A DNA stretch of 64,000 bases, from the NCBI RefSeq assembly GCF_006345805.1, contig NC_043023.1, forward strand, positions 2,728,001 through 2,792,000, in the 5' to 3' direction. Numbering within the stretch: position 1 is the stretch's first letter; each line of letters starts with the position of its first letter. This document shows positions 62,312 through 64,000 of the stretch, piece after piece. The stretch is from Octopus sinensis. Lineage: Eukaryota. The notes beneath the pieces are model-generated. The model saw nothing but the letters and a program-made list of their open reading frames with translations, ran no database searches and was not told the DNA's origin. The position numbers and the translations under genes are program-made.

Positions 62312-64000
62312 CTTAAAAAAAACAAGTAGGAGAAAATTTTTCAAATATAAATGAAGTAGAAATATACAAAAGAAAGCATTATTTTCAATCTTTCTGTTAA
62401 TTTCATCTCATTTTTGAAAATAGAATACATTTTATCGTTTATTGTTGTTTATTATTTAAATGACATATATATAGAGTTACCAGAATCTTTTAAGTGCTTA
62501 GGGCCTCTTTGGCTCTTAATGCAGCCCTGCATCCACATTCTTAAGGCATCAAGGGAAACAGGGTACCATAGAAATTGTAAATAGTTTACAGCACAAAAGA
62601 TATCCTTTAAACTCCCAAAAATATTTGAGGTGGTATATGTGATTGGAAATGTAATTTTGAGGCCCTCTATAGGTCTTAATCTGGCCCTAATTTGAATAGT
62701 CCATTGTTTGGGTTAACTAACTTTTTGTACAATTTTTGACTTCCAGTGTAATAATATGAAGGAACGTGCAATCCAAAACATGGGGGATCAAATTCATACG
62801 ACAAGACTACAATTAATAAACTATTTCCATGCAAAAATAGGCAGCACTTTTTGTGGCATATCTTTAACATTAGACTCTGGCCTTCTTGGCACAATCACCT
62901 TTTGGTATGCTTACTGTAAATCTGAAATGAAATGAAACCAATTTCTTTTTGAATCACTCTGTTCAACATCTTGTTTGCAGCATCATGTTGACTGTATTTG
63001 AAGACGTTGGACAGCTATGCATTGTGAACACACTCATTGTAAAAGGGGGAAATAGTTCTCACGTGAGGAACTCAACAGCTATTAGCATATTTGCAGTCAA
63101 ATCCACCAACACATATTAAGAATGAATATGCAAATCAGTGTTTCAGATCTGACTATACACAATGAAAACTTTTATCTTACCTTATATATTATTTATTTAT
63201 ATGTTTCCTATACATATGTATTTTTATATCTTTTTATATATCTATATATTTATATATTTCTTTATATTTTTATGTATTATTATTCTAGATGTTGTAATGT
63301 TAAAATATATAATTTTTTTAGTCACTAAAGTATTAATCATTAACTTTTAACCGCGATGGACATTTTTCACACATTTTTCTTATATTTTTCTCATGAGCTT
63401 GTATTGATGAGTTGTGTTTCATCTTCCGTGATTTTATGCATCGATATTCTATGTGAAAGAAAAAGCATTATGTGATTAAATGTTCGAGATATGAAATGTT
63501 ACGTGGATGACCTTATATTTGATTGTTCTGCAACCATAGTGTAATATCTATGTATATATTTATACTAGACTACCGATGACCTGTTGGGCCACCAATAGTT
63601 CAAGGTACCCAAGAAAACCATGTATATCAGGAATCTGTGGTCCAATTTACATGAAACTTCTGTTATTCTTTGTGTATTCACATTTTAATGGTACCTTACT
63701 TTCAAAGTATTTTTCTTGTTCTACATCAGTTTGGCTATTTATAAAGGTACCCATAAAAAAACATGTATCTCAGTAATCCGTGGTCTGATTTACAAAATAC
63801 TTGTTTTGTTCCATTTGTATTCACATGACCGTCCGATTCCTGATCTCTCCTGCTTCTGTCTCTTTCCCTCTGTTCTGCCAGATGCTCAACCCTTGCTTTA
63901 TCAATCTCATCAGTCTTTCTATTCGCATGCTGGTTCCAATCTTGGGTAAAGTTCTTTTCAAGTGCATGCAACATACCTTACCACCAAACCACCCTTCCAG

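Noticed and set aside
62860-63460. Minus-strand acceptors giving FTVSIPKGDCAKKARV* and other short peptides
   Set aside because: No recognisable homology or linked upstream exons; too weak to call

Overview
AT-rich, microsatellite-saturated eukaryotic DNA. The repeat repertoire points to an octopus/coleoid cephalopod scaffold (inference from tRNA-derived SINE heads and RTE-type tails; not database-checked). I find no host protein-coding gene I can support: nearly all ORFs in the track are translations of (TA)n, (CA)n, (TG)n, (CT)n and (AAT)n tracts or of SINEs. The real coding remnants are 3' fragments of four LINE groups (Tx1/L1, restriction-like-endonuclease type, RTE, CR1). The rest is about 35 copies of one composite SINE, several other modular SINEs, Helitron-type and Tc1/mariner non-autonomous elements, tandem arrays and a 100-N gap. 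The main signal is about 14 minimal type-I hammerhead ribozyme (HHR) motifs in 64 kb (CUGANGA-stem II-GAAAC-palindrome-GUH). They lie in short ORF-less repeats and at the centre of head-to-head fold-back elements, as expected for non-autonomous Penelope-like (PLE) pseudo-LTRs. At least one core is fully intact, and one subfamily carries a shared non-canonical core (A6U). The window also shows several local fold-back/template-switch rearrangements and a 25-bp minisatellite born from an RTE 3' UTR subrepeat. Repeat boundaries were read by eye and are approximate (about +/-10-20 nt).
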